Position numbers and translations under genes: made by a program. A stretch of DNA of 64,000 nucleotides from Octopus sinensis. Lineage: Eukaryota. Below the pieces are notes generated by a model. That model searched no databases. It was given only the letters and a program-made list of their open reading frames with translations, and was not told the origin of the DNA. Positions within the stretch are counted from its first letter, which is position 1. Every line of letters begins with the position of its first letter. The stretch lies in contig NC_043024.1 in the NCBI RefSeq assembly GCF_006345805.1, forward strand, positions 7,626,001 to 7,690,000, in the 5' to 3' direction. Below, one piece after another: positions 1-11,589 of the stretch.

Positions 1-390
1 CTGGCTAGGCCTTAAAAGGGCGCATAAATAAATAAATAAACTTTGTGCTGTCACTTATCACATACCTGTCCTCCCTGATTCACCCCTATTTCTTTCACCT
101 TCCCCCCATTGACCATGCTATCCCTGCCTCTATTTACCATTCACTTCTACCCCATCTCTAATCATGTCTGCCTTTCACATTTTTTTTCATGGTTGCATGG
201 TAAAAAGATTTCTTCGTAACCACATGGTTCCTAGTTCAGTCCCACTGTATGATACCTTGAGCATGGTGCCACACTTCTACTATATAACCCCTAACTAACC
301 AATGTCATCTGAATGGATTTGGTAGACAGACACTGAAAAAAGCCTAACACACGTGTGTGTGTGTGTGTGTCTGTTTAACATATACATATA

Positions 391-790
391 GGCGCAGGAG
401 TGGCTGTGTGGTAAGTAGCTTGCTAACCAACCACATGGTTCCGAGTTCAGTCCCACTGTGTGGCATATTGGGCAAATGTCTTCTGCTATAGCCCCGGGCC
501 GACCAATGCCTCGTGAGTGGATTTGGTAGACGGAAACTGAAAGAAGCCTGTCGTATATATGTATATATATATATGTATGTGTGTGTTTGTGTGTCGGTGT
601 TTGTCCCCCTAGCATTGCTTGACAACCGATGCTGGTGTGTTTACGTCCCCGTCACTTAGCAGTTCGGCAAAAGAGACTGATAGAATAAGTACTGGGCTTA
701 CAAAGAATAAGTCCCGGAGTTGATTTGCTCGACTAAAGGTGGTGCTCCAGCATGGCCGCAGTCAAATGACTGAAACAAGAGTAAAAGTGA
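391..790 (+). mobile_element. tRNA-derived SINE, family a (most abundant in the window)
   Basis: Head GGCGCAGGAGTGGCTGTGTGGTAAG...GTTCAGTCCC with A/B-box-like motifs, an internal (AT)(GT) microsatellite and an (AAAAGAGT)n tail. Further copies or parts at about 4170-4775, 9353-9872, 11180-11590, 13081-13497, 22548-22928, 37179-37585, 46277-46662, 50672-51070, 52525-52650, 54843-55225, 58615-59090, 60190-60585 and 61075-61770. Confidence 0.85.
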
Positions 791-904
791 TATACATCTA
801 TGTGTGTACATCTTTCTGTTAGTCTCTGACTCCAAACACTACCTGACAACTGATGTTGTTGTGTTTATGTCCCCTGCTACTTATCAGTTCAGCAAAAGAG
901 GAGG

Positions 905-1797
905 AGACCCCCTTCTGTCATGAATGACCATGGGATTGCACCTAGAAAGTTACCCTCCCAAGCACAAGTCTGGGCAGTGTTGAAGGATAGCAGCGACCCA
1001 TGCCCATCACCGGTGTGGGATTCGAACTCACAACTTCACGATCGTAAGCTCGACGCTCTAACCACTGAGCAAGACCAGCAGTCACCCATGCATACCGGCC
1101 CCCCTCTCCACGCCACTGATGTTATCCAAGGGATAAGGCAAAAGAGGCTGATACAGCTTGGCACCTGTGACGTCGCAACTCATTTCTACAGCTGAGTGAA
1201 CTGGAGCAACGTGAAATAAAGGGTCTTGCTCAAGAACACAACACAGCCCGGTCCAGGATTCGAACTCACAACCTCACGATCGTAAGCTCGACGCTCTAAC
1301 CACTGAGCAAGACCAGCAGTCACCCATGCATACCGGCCTCCCCTCTCCATGCCACTGATGTTATTTAAGGGAAAGGCAAAGGGGCCGATACAGCTTGGCA
1401 CCTGTGACGTCGCAACTCATTTCTACAGCTGAGTGAACTGGAGCAACGTGAAATAAAGGGTCTTGCTCAAGAACACAACACAGCCCGGTCCAGGATTCGA
1501 ACTCACAACCTCACGATCGTAAGCTCGACGCTCTAACCACTGAGCAAGACCAGCAGTCACCCATGCATACCGGCCTCCCCTCTCCATGCCACTGATGTTA
1601 TTTAAGGGAAAGGCAAAGGGGCCGATACAGCTTGGCACCTGTGACGTCGCAACTCATTTCTACAGCTGAGTGAACTGGAGCAACGTGAAATGAAGTATCT
1701 TACTCAAGAACACAACACACAGCCCGGTCCAGGATTCGAACTCACAACCTCACGATCGTAAGCTCGACGCTCTAACCACTGAGCCATGCGCCTTCAC
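905..1797 (-). mobile_element. tRNA-derived SINE, family d, as a 237-bp head-to-tail tandem array (about 3 units)
   Basis: Head GGCTCAGTGGTTAGAGCGTCGAGCTTACGATCGTGAGGTTGTGAGTTCGAATCC; 237-bp period (identical ORFs at 1186 and 1423). Partial copies at about 8090-8285, 42140-42350, 43495-43590 and 48485-48545. Confidence 0.8.
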
Positions 1798-2378
1798 TCA
1801 GCAAAAGAGACCGAAATACATTTATATATATCTATGTGTCTTTGTATCTGTGTTTGTCCACCCACCACTACTTGATAACCAGTGTTGGTGTGTTTATGTC
1901 CGGGGCTTGGCAGTTCGGGCTAAAGAGACCAACAGAATAAGCATCAGGCTTTAAAAAAAGGATAAGTGCAGGGGTCAATTCGTTTGACTTAAATTCTTTT
2001 ATGTGGTGCTCCAGCATGGCACCAATCTAATGACTGAAGCAAGTAAAAAACAAACGATAAAATACATATGTATAAGTTCAGGCATAGCTCCGTGGTAAGA
2101 AGTTTGCTGCTCAACCACATGGTTTTAGGTTCAGTCCCACTATGTAGCATCTTGGGCCAATGTTTTTGGACACATTGAAACTCCAACATCTGGCAGCTGA
2201 CTTGGCAGACACCCACATAATTATTCCAATAAAATAAATCAACAACAAAATAAGGGTGGGAATGCAAGAGGATTAAGTCTTTTACTTGTTTCAGTCATTT
2301 GACTGTAGCCATGCTGGAGCACCGTCTAAATGAATAAATAAAGGTAAAATAAATAGTATTTTTCTGAGAAAGACTTAC

Positions 2379-2489
2379 GATAAATTGCCAAACTAATCGC
2401 TGTTCCATTCTTCATGCATGCAAAGATACCATAGAGACCAAAATAGACTCCTTCTCCGACAGTTCGACCTTGATATTTACATATTGGCG
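2379..2489 (-). CDS. Coding exon 5 (111 nt, phase 1-1): (A)PICKYQGRTVGEGVYFGLYGIFACMKNGTAISLAIY
   Basis: Acceptor TTTTCTTTTTTTCTAG, donor C|GTAAGT. Open frame; CxY...EG..F resembles the start of the exon 3 module; contains an NGT sequon. Confidence 0.85.
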
Positions 2490-2509
2490 CTAGAAAAAAA
2501 GAAAATGTA

Positions 2510-3300
2510 CATCATCATCATTATCGCTTAACATCCGCTTTTCATGTTAGCATGAGTTGGATGGTTCGACCAGGATCTGGGAAGCCAGGAGGCTGCACCA
2601 GGCTCCAGCCTGATCTGGCAGAGTTTCTACAGCTGGATGCCCTTCCTAACGCCAACCACTCCGTGAGTGTAGTGGGTGCATTTTACGTGCCAGGGGCGGC
2701 TGGCAACGGCCACAATCGGTTGGTGGTTTTTACTTGCCACCAGCACGGAAGCCTGTCAAGGTGGCACTGGCATCGGCCACGTACAGATTTCTCGTTTAAC
2801 ATCCACTTTCCATGCTAGCTTGGGTTGGACGATTTTGACTGAGGGCTGGCGAACCAGATGGCTGCACCAGGCTCCAATCTTGATCTGGCAGAGTTTCTAC
2901 AGCAGGGTGCCCTACCTAACGCCAACCACTCCGTGAGTGTAGTGGGTGCATTTTACGTGCCAGGGGCGGCTGGCAACGGCCACAATCGGTTGGTGGTTTT
3001 TACTTGCCACCAGCACGGAAGCCTGTCAAGGTGGTGCTGGCATCGGCCACGTACAGATTTCTCGTTTAACATCCGCTTTCCATGCTAGCTTGGGTTGGAC
3101 GATTTTGACTGAGGGCTGGCGAACCAGATGGCTGCACCAGGCTCCAATCTTGATCTGGCAGAGTTTCTACAGCTAGATGCCCTTCCTAATGCCAACCACT
3201 CCGAGAGTGTAGTGGGTGCTTTTTACGTGCCACCGGCATGGGGGCCAGTCAGGCAGTACTGGCACCGACCTTGCTCGAATCGTTTTACACGTGCAGTTTC
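2510..3300 (-). mobile_element. (GAT)n-tailed retroposon, family b, with a 270-bp tandem duplication
   Basis: Tail …GGACGTTAAACGATGATGATG and core TGGTTGGCGTTAGGAAGGGCATCCAGCTGTAGAAAC. Other copies at about 5627-6600, 7781-8070, 8440-9050, 20956-21410, 23228-23570, 34237-35250, 37690-37875, 38600-38875, 40730-41260 and 52080-52517. Confidence 0.75.
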
Positions 3301-3338
3301 AGTCAGGTTGGTAACAAAAGGGTTAAATTAATCATTTG

Positions 3339-4007
3339 TTAACCCTTTTGTTACCATATTTCTGTTGTGATGCTCTGTGTTTCTTTCAATTACTTTAAAT
3401 ATAACAAAGAATTTAGTAAAATAACTTAGTTATCATTCAGCTAGTGTTAGGAACATAAATTGTGACTAAGGTTTGATGGAAGATTTTGAAAACAAAACAT
3501 TTGTACTACAGAGCCAAAGGCTGTTTCAGAAGAGTTGGTATGAAAAGGGTTAAATTAATCATTTGTTAACCCTTTTGTTACCATATTTCTGTTGAGATGC
3601 TTGGTGTTTCTTTCAATTAATTTTAAATATAACAAAGAATTTAGTTAAATAACTTAGTTATCATTAAGCTAGTGTCAGGAACATAATTGTGACTAAGGTT
3701 TGATGGAAGATTTTGAAAACAAAACATTTGTACTACAGAGCCAAAGGCTGTTTCAGAAGAGTTGGTATGAAAAGGGTTAAATTAATCATTTGTTAACCCT
3801 TTTGTTACCATATTTCTGTTGAGATGCTTGGTGTTTCTTTCAATTAATTTTAAATATAACAAAGAATTTAGTTAAATAACTTAGTGTCAGGAACATAAAT
3901 TGTGACTAAGGTTTGGTGGAAGATTTTAGTTCAGAAATTATGAAAACAAGACATTTGTACCACAGAGCCAGAGCCGGTTTCAGCCAGGTGGGTAACAAAA
4001 GGGTTAA
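3339..4007. mobile_element. Three tandem TTAA-flanked (piggyBac-like) MITEs, 227-bp period
   Basis: TTAA|CCCTTTTGTTACC…AAAAGGG|TTAA units separated by an identical ATTAATCATTTG spacer; a related copy at about 60023-60643 is split by a SINE. Confidence 0.8.
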
Positions 4008-4990
4008 GGTGGATTTGCTAGGAGAGAAGAGAAGAGGAAGAAGAAGAAAAAAAGGGAGATAAGAGATTAGGGTTATAGCCATTAGAGAAACATAATAGTA
4101 AGAGTTAAACTGGTGGCTTACTACTTATATAGAAGAGCTTCAAATAAGGGTGGGAATGCAAGAGGATTTACTCTTTTACTTGTTTCAGTCATTTGACTGT
4201 AGCCATGCTGGAGCACCGTCTTTAGTCGAGCAAATCGACCCCAGGACTTATTCTTTGTAAGACTAGTACTTATTCTATCAGTATCTTATGCCGAACCGCT
4301 AAGTAGTACAACAGCATTGGTTGTCAAGCGATGTTGTGGAGGACAAACACAGACACACACACACACACACATATTTATATACATATATACGACAGGCTTC
4401 TTTTCAGTTTCCATCCACCATATCCACTCACAAGCTTTGGCCGGCCCGAGGCTATAGTAGAAGACACTTGCCCAAAGTGCCACGCAGTGGGACTGAACCC
4501 AGAACCACAAGACGGAAACTGAAAGAAGCCCGTTGTATATATGTGTATATATATGTGTGTGTGTGTGTATTTGTGTTTGTCCCCGCAACATCGCTTGACA
4601 ACTGACGGTGGTGTGTTTACGTCCCCGTAACTTAGCAGTTCAGCAATAGGGACCGATAGAATCAGTACTAGGCTTACAAAGGATAAGTCCTGGGGGTCCA
4701 TTTGCTCGACTGAAGGTGGTGCTCCAGCATGGCCACAGTCAAAAGACTGAAATGAGAAAAAGAGTAAAAAGAGTATATATATATATATCTGTAAAATAAT
4801 ATGTGACAATTATTCAATAGCCAAGATAAAACTCTGAGTTTCAGATGCCGAGGTGGTAATCCACAACACCATCTCTTCGGTTATCTGGCCATCTATTTAC
4901 ATAATATTGAGGTATTTTTCTTTCTTTTGTTATCTTACCATTTTTACCAACACATATATATATATATGTGTATATATATATATATATATA

Positions 4991-5383
4991 TCTTTATATA
5001 TAAAAGTGAAGTTGTGTGGTGTCTGTCTCCTTTGATTTAGATTCCTAACTACTCCCACATTTTGCGGTGCAGTGTAACCAAAAGCGTGTATCTTATAGTC
5101 GTGATTCATATCGAGCCCTTCTGGGTATTAGCGTGCGTCTACGATGAGTCAACGATTTAAAAAAAAATTTACCATCATTTTTAATGCATTTTTTTGCTAT
5201 TACATAAGGGAAGTAACTCTCTCAAAATGTCTACGATGAGTCTACGATTTAAAAAAAAATTTACCATCATCTTTTCCATTTTTAATGCATTGTTTTGCTA
5301 TTATATAAGGGAAGTAACTTTCTAAAAATGCTTATATAGTTATTTCCCTTACAAACCCGAGCAACGCCGGGCGATACTGCTAG
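4991..5383 (+). mobile_element. Non-autonomous Helitron (family A)
   Basis: A|TCTTTATATATAAAAG 5' end; 3' hairpin CCCGAGCAACGCCGGG then CTAG|T; A^T target with no TSD. Confidence 0.85.
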
Positions 5384-5495
5384 TATATATATATTATATA
5401 AACAGAGATACAAACATACAAACAAGCAACAATACTTATATACTCAGAAAGTGTGCACACACACACACAAAAGACAAATACAAGGATTGACTTAC

Positions 5496-5606
5496 CTTTT
5501 TTGAGGGGTTTGCACAATACCTCATGGGTAAATCTTATACAATGTATTTTCTGAGGACAACTAAGTACTATCTCTTGGTTCTTCAGGACAGCCTTTTCAT
5601 TTTGTG
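5496..5606 (-). CDS. Coding exon 4 (111 nt, phase 1-1): (A)QNEKAVLKNQEIVLSCPQKIHCIRFTHEVLCKPLKK
   Basis: Acceptor TTTTTATTTTACTTTCAG, donor G|GTAAGT. Open frame, three Cys. Confidence 0.85.
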
Positions 5607-5859
5607 CTGAAAGTAAAATAAAAACTCATCATCATCATCGTTTAACATCCGTTCTCCATGCTAGCATGGGTTGGACGGTTTGACTGGGGATCTGGGAAGC
5701 CAGGAGGCTGCACCAGACTCCAGTCTGATCTCGCAGTGTTTCTACAGCTGGATGCCCTTCCTAACGCCAACCACTCTGAGAGTGTAGTGGGTGCTTTTTA
5801 CGTGCCAGGCGAAGCTGGCAACGGCCACGATCAGATTGGTGCTTTTTACGTGCCACCAG

Positions 5860-6400
5860 CACGGAAGCCAGTCTAGGCGGCGCTGGCATCGGCCACGTTC
5901 GGATGGTGCTTTTTATGTGCCACCAGCACAGAAGCCAGTCTAGGTGGCGCTGGCACTGGCCACGTTCGGATGGTGCTTTTTACATGCCACCGGCATGGAA
6001 GCCAGTCTAGGCGGTGCTGGCACTGGCCATGTTCGGATGGTGCTTTTTATGTGCCACCAGCACAGAAGCCAGTCTAGGCGGCGCTGGCACTGGCCACGTT
6101 CGGATGGTGCTTTTTACGTGCCACCGGCATGGAAGCCAGTCTAGGCGGTGCTGGCACTGGCCATGTTCGGATGGTCCTTTTTATGTGCCACCAGCATGGA
6201 AGCCAGTCTAGGTGGCGCTGGCACTGGCCACATTCGGATGGTGCATTTTATGTGCCACTGGCAACGAAGCCAGTCTAGGCGGTGCTGGCACTGGCCACGT
6301 TCGGATGGTGCTTTTTATGTGCCACTGGCAAGGAAGCCAGTCTAGGCAGTGCTGGCATTGGCCACATTCGGATGGTGCTTTTTATGTCCCACCGGCACAG
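5860..6400. repeat. 67-bp minisatellite (about 8 copies) inside a family-b retroposon
   Basis: GAAGCCAGTCTAGG recurs about every 67 bp. Confidence 0.9.
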
Positions 6401-6859
6401 GTTTCACAACTGCAGTTTCCATTGATATTTGATGTTGGTGTACTTGACTCAATGGATCTCCTCAAGCACAGGGTCAAAACAGTGTTTCTTTACTTGCCAC
6501 CTGCACAGGAGTCAGTCCAGCAGCCCTGGCAACTGCCGGGTGCCAGTCATAGGATTGGTTCAATTTCGATTCTGATTTCGACTTCGCTTGCCTCAACAGG
6601 TCTTTGTGTGTCCAAGGAAGGAAAGGCATGCATAAATGGGCTGGCTACATACCTGGCAAGGGACACGGGATGGACTCACTTGTCCTGCCGGGTCTTCTAC
6701 TTCGATACCAGCATGAATTCAATAATTTTAAAAATACGTGTGTGAGTGTGTTGGATCAGCATCATCTAAAATCTGCTTATCCATACTTGCATGGGTTGGA
6801 TGAAATTTGGCGATGCAAGTCTTCATTTCCAATTATCACACACCTAGATAAGGGTACAA

Positions 6860-7430
6860 ACACAGACTCACAATCATGACATAACACTGGATTTTCTATG
6901 CTTGTGTGTAGCAGGTGGAGAAGGATTGTGCATGAGGGGACAGCCACTTTTGAGAAATCTCGAGTTGCACATGAGAAAGTAAGGAGGGATGTCAGAAAGG
7001 GCATCACCGTTTCACTTCCAGATGGGAAGGGTCTTCCTATGATGCTGACATGCAATGTCTGTGCAAGACCCTGCCTCAATAAAGCCGGACTCAAGAGTCA
7101 TCTTCATAGTCATAAAGTGAGACAGATGAGTGACAACCTGGCCACTGGCGGTGGTGTAACACACCATACTAATCATATCTGTTGGGCATGTGGAAGAGAG
7201 TGTAATTTGGCAGGAGGACTTAAACGACATGCAAAGGTACATGAAGCCCAGTTACAACTACAGCCGGCTATTGGCGGTAAAGGTTTTAGTTGCCAATTCT
7301 GTACAAGACATTGTAGATCTTTGGCTGGGCTAAAAAGTCACATTCGATCACAGCACCAGTAACAGTTAAGCTTCGTGCAATGGCCATACTCGATAACGAG
7401 GGGGCAGCCATAAATGTATGTATGTATGGT
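6860..7430 (+). mobile_element. RTE/BovB-type LINE 3' fragment encoding three C2H2 zinc fingers
   Basis: ORF 6898-7362: SRWRRIVHEGTATFE...RRDVRK, then CNVCARPCLNKAGLKSH, CWACGRECNLAGGLKRH and CQFCTRHCRSLAGLKSH; short 3' UTR with an (ATGT)n tail. Confidence 0.75.
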
Positions 7431-9976
7431 GGTGTAACACACCATACTAATCATATCTGTCAGGCATGTGGAAGAGAGTGGAATTCGGCAGGATAACGAG
7501 GGGGCAGCCATAATGTGGGTTGGAAGGAATTCGTTCAGATGAATTTTCTACTGCTGGATGCGCTTCCTGTTGTCAACATTTACCCGATTTTGACAAGCCT
7601 CAAAAATGGCGAAACACTGGTGTCCATCTGTCCCCATTGAGACTGAAGGTGAGTTACTTTTACCTTGCCTGTCCATGACTGAGGTGTTTTGACACTGGCA
7701 CTTTGAGAGTGTATATACTCCACCACACTATTGCAGCCACCGGAAAATACATGAAGCATATACATTAAGTATATGTGGTTCATCATCGTTTAAACGTCCG
7801 CTTTCCATGCTAGCATGGGTTGGACGGTTCAACTGGGGTCTGGGAAGCCAGAAGGTTGCACCAGGCTCCAGTCTGATCTGGCAGTGTTTCTACAGCTGGA
7901 TGCCCTTCCTAATGCCAACCACTCCGTGAGTGTAGTGGGTGCTTTTTACGTGCCACCTGCACAGGTGCCAGGTGAGGCTGGCAACGGCCACGATCGGATT
8001 GGTGCTTTTTACGTGCCACCGGCATAGAAGCCAGTCAAGGCGGTGCTGGCATCGGCCACGTTCAGATGGTGCATAATAATATTTATTATACTAGAGCTTT
8101 TTTATTGGTGCTAAGCTGTATCGGCCTTTGCGTTTCCCTTGGATAACATCAGTGGTGTGGAGGCTGGTATGCATAAGTGACTGCTGGCCTTCCATAAACA
8201 ACCTTGCCCAGACTTGTGCATTGGAGGGTAACTTTCTAGGTGCAATCCCATGGTCATTCGTGACCAAAGGGGGTCTCCGATGGACTTTTATTTCACACAC
8301 ACAATAGGCTTCTTTCAGTTCCTGTCAACCGAATCCACTCACAAAGCTTTGGTTGGCCTAAAGCTATAGTAGAAACTGAACCCAGAACCATGTGGTTGGG
8401 AAGCAAGCTTCTTACCACACAGCCTACCTACCTACATACATCATCATCATCAACAACATCCGCTTTCCATGAAGGCATGGGTTGGACGGTTCAACTGGGG
8501 TCTGGGAAGCCAGGAGGCTGCACCAGGCCCAGTCAGATCTTGCAGTGTTTCTACAGCTGGATGCCCTTCCTAACACCAACCACTCTGTGAGTGTAGTGGG
8601 TGCTTTTTACGTGCCATCAACACAGGAGCCAGATGAAGCTGGCGAACGGCCACGCTCGGATGAAACTTTTTACGTGCCACCAGCACGGAGGTCAGGCGAG
8701 GCTGGCAATGGCCACACTGGATGGTGTTTGTTACGTGCCACTGGCACGGAGGCCAGTCGATGCGGTGCTGGCTACGGCCACGTTCGGATGGTTCTCTTAC
8801 GTGCCACCGGCACTGGTATCACAACTACAAATTCCGTTGATGTTGATCGATTTCGATTTTGATTTTCACTTGCCTCAACAGGTCTTCACAATTAGAGTTA
8901 TGTGTCCCAAGAAGAAAGGTATGCACAGGTGGACTGACTACGTCCCAGGTGTAGGCCACGGGATTATGGCCTCACTTGTCCTGCCGGCTCTTCTCACGCA
9001 CAGCATACTTCCAAAGGTCTTGGTCTCTGGTCATTTCCTCGGTGAGACCTAAAGAGTGAAGGTGGGTAAAAACCTTGTCATGTGTTTCAATGCTCCTATG
9101 CTGTTGTGTAGCTGCCACATGTTGTTATACCTCAGGGAATTTCCAGGTATGGGTATACACGCAGAATTACTTTCTGCATGGGATTAATATAATGATGACA
9201 ATATAACACAAGAATGGGAGTTAACAGGTTGACACTGGACCATGGCATGTGTTTCTGCATCCCACATCAGCTTTAAGTTGCTGAGTTCATATTCATGTAG
9301 CATTATATAAGAATACTCTTTATAATTATTATGTATGTGAATATTGTGAATAGGCGCAGGAGTGGCTGTGTGGTAAGTAGCTTGCTAACCAACCTCATGG
9401 TTCCGGGTTCAGTCCCACTGTGTGGCATCTTGGGCAAGTGTCTTCTGCTATAGCCTCGGGCCGACCAATACCTTGTGAGTAGATTTGGTAGACGGAAACT
9501 GAAAGAAGCCTGTCGTATATATGTATATATATGTATGTGTGTGTGTTTGTGTGTCTGTGTTCCCCTAGCATTGCTTGACAACCGATGCTGGTGTCTTTAC
9601 GTCCCCGTCACTTAGTGGTTCGGCAAAAGAGACCGATAGAATACAAAAGAATAAGTCCCGGGGTCGAGTTGCTCGACTAAAGGCGGTGCTCCAGCATGGC
9701 CGCAGTCAAATGACTGAAACAAGTAAAAGAGTAAAAGAGTAAATCCACTTACAAGGCATTGGTCGGCCCGGGGCTATAGCAGAAGGCACTTGCCCAAGAT
9801 GCCACGTAGTGGGACTGAACCCGGAACCATGTGGTTGGTAAGCAAGCTACTTACCACACAGCCACTCATGCGATAGATTTTTCTGAATTTTCTTAATCGG
9901 CGGAAAGTATTGTACGTTCAGGTTGGGTAATGACCAAATGAGTACAATCAGAAATACAAGGCAAACCAAAATGGAA

Positions 9977-10860
9977 TTTGTGAGGTATATTTGCCATCTC
10001 AATATGGCTAACCACTAAGGGTGGGTGTTACTGTAGCTTGTAGCCCCAGGAGAACATCGTCTCCAGCTGGCTATAGGCACACTTTCTGTGCCCTTATGGT
10101 ATTTGCAAAGGGAGGTCACCCTTCCCTCGTCAACCTAAGTGATACACATGGACTGTAGTTTCTAGCTTTTGACCTGTCATCAGCGTATGACAATCACTGG
10201 TTTTCGATGAAAGGAGTCCCAATGCAAATACTTATATCGTTTTTCTGATCTCGAAAAACTGTATGCAAGCAATAATAAATCTCTGAACGAGGTATAAACG
10301 GTAACTGCACGACAATGTGAGGTATACTTGCCATCTCAAAATGGCACAGAAAGTGTGCCTAAAGCCAGCTGGAGACCTTGACCTCCTGGGGCTAAAAGCT
10401 ACAGTAACACCCACCCTTAGTGGTTAGCCATATTGAGATGGCTATTATACTTTACGTTGTCGAGCGGTTACTGTTTACATCTCATTCAGAGATTTATTAT
10501 TGCTTGCAGACAGTTTTTCGAAATCAGTGACGGAGGTTACTGGGAAAAACATTAAATATTTGCAAACAGGTCCCCCTTTCATTGAATACCGGTGATTACC
10601 GTACGTTGACAAGAGGCAAATACCTCAAAACTGCAATCCGTGCGTATCACTTAGGTTTACGAGAGAGGGATGACCTCCCTTTGCTAATACCAATAGGGCA
10701 CAGAAAATGTGCCTAAAGCCAGCTGGAGACGATGTTCTCCTGGGGCTAAAAGCTACAGTAACACCCACCCTTAGTGGTTAGCCATATTGAGATGGCAAGT
10801 ATACCTCACATTGTTGTGCAGTTACTGCTTATACCTCGTTCAGAGATTTATTATTGCTCA
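9977..10860. repeat. Inverted and tandem arrangement of a ~350-bp repeat family
   Basis: 9977-10335 is the reverse complement of about 10440-10800; related sequence occurs at about 38040-38300 and inside the Helitron at about 45660-45720. Confidence 0.75.
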
Positions 10861-10959
10861 AAATGGGATTCTTTCACAGTATTTCTGGAATAATGTTATT
10901 CAACAAGATACATAGCTCAGAGATCAGGGGTTCTTTCCAGTCTGGGTCCCTTCTCTGCA

Positions 10960-11165
10960 TAGGGAGGTCACAGCTAAGGTACTATGGACATATGTGATTA
11001 GAATGTTGCTGGGAAGAACTGCAAGACAAATACTTCAAGCTGAAGCAACTGGCAAAGGACTTAGGGGTAAACCAAGAATGAGATGGTTGGAGGGTATCCG
11101 TTGTCTCGGTTGGTCATTCTTGGGAATCCTGCAAGAAATTTTGCTTTTAATAATAATAATAATGA
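10960..11165 (+). mobile_element. RTE-type LINE 3' fragment
   Basis: GKGLRGKPRMRWLEGI motif followed by an (AAT)n tail. Confidence 0.65.
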
Positions 11166-11589
11166 AATTATTGTATACAGGCGCAGGAGTGGCTGTGTGG
11201 TAAGTAGCTGGCTAACCAACCATATGGTTCCGGGTTCAGTCCCACTGCGTGGCACCTTGGGCAAGTGTCTTCTGCTATGGCCCCAGGCCGACCAATGCCT
11301 TGTGGGTGGATTTGGTAGACGGAAACTGAAAGAAGCCTGTCGTATATATGTATGTATATATTATATATATATGTGTGTGTTTGTGTGTCTGTGTTTGTCC
11401 CCCTAGCATTGCTTAACAACCGATGCTGGTGTGTTTACGTCCCCGTCACTTAGCGGTTCAGCAAAAGAGTGATAGAATAAGCACTGGGCTTACAAAGAAT
11501 AAGTCCCGGGGTTGATTTGCTCGATTAAAGGTGGTGCTCCAGCATGGCCGCAGTCAAATGACTGAAAAGAGTAAAAGAGAGAGAGAGAG

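Noticed and set aside
1725-1797. tRNA-like sequence with A and B boxes (also at about 21513, 52000 and 59362)
   Set aside because: Heads of tRNA-derived SINEs continuing into family bodies; no complete acceptor stem, so not called tRNA genes.
6898-7362. Host C2H2 zinc-finger gene
   Set aside because: Preceded by an RTE-type WR..V.EG…FE…RR..RK linker and followed by an (ATGT)n tail, so it is a LINE ORF end rather than a cellular ZNF.
9080-9200. Possible extra exon between exons 3 and 4 (acceptor CCCATGCAG)
   Set aside because: The available donors give phase 2, incompatible with the all-phase-1 model, and the peptide is uninformative.
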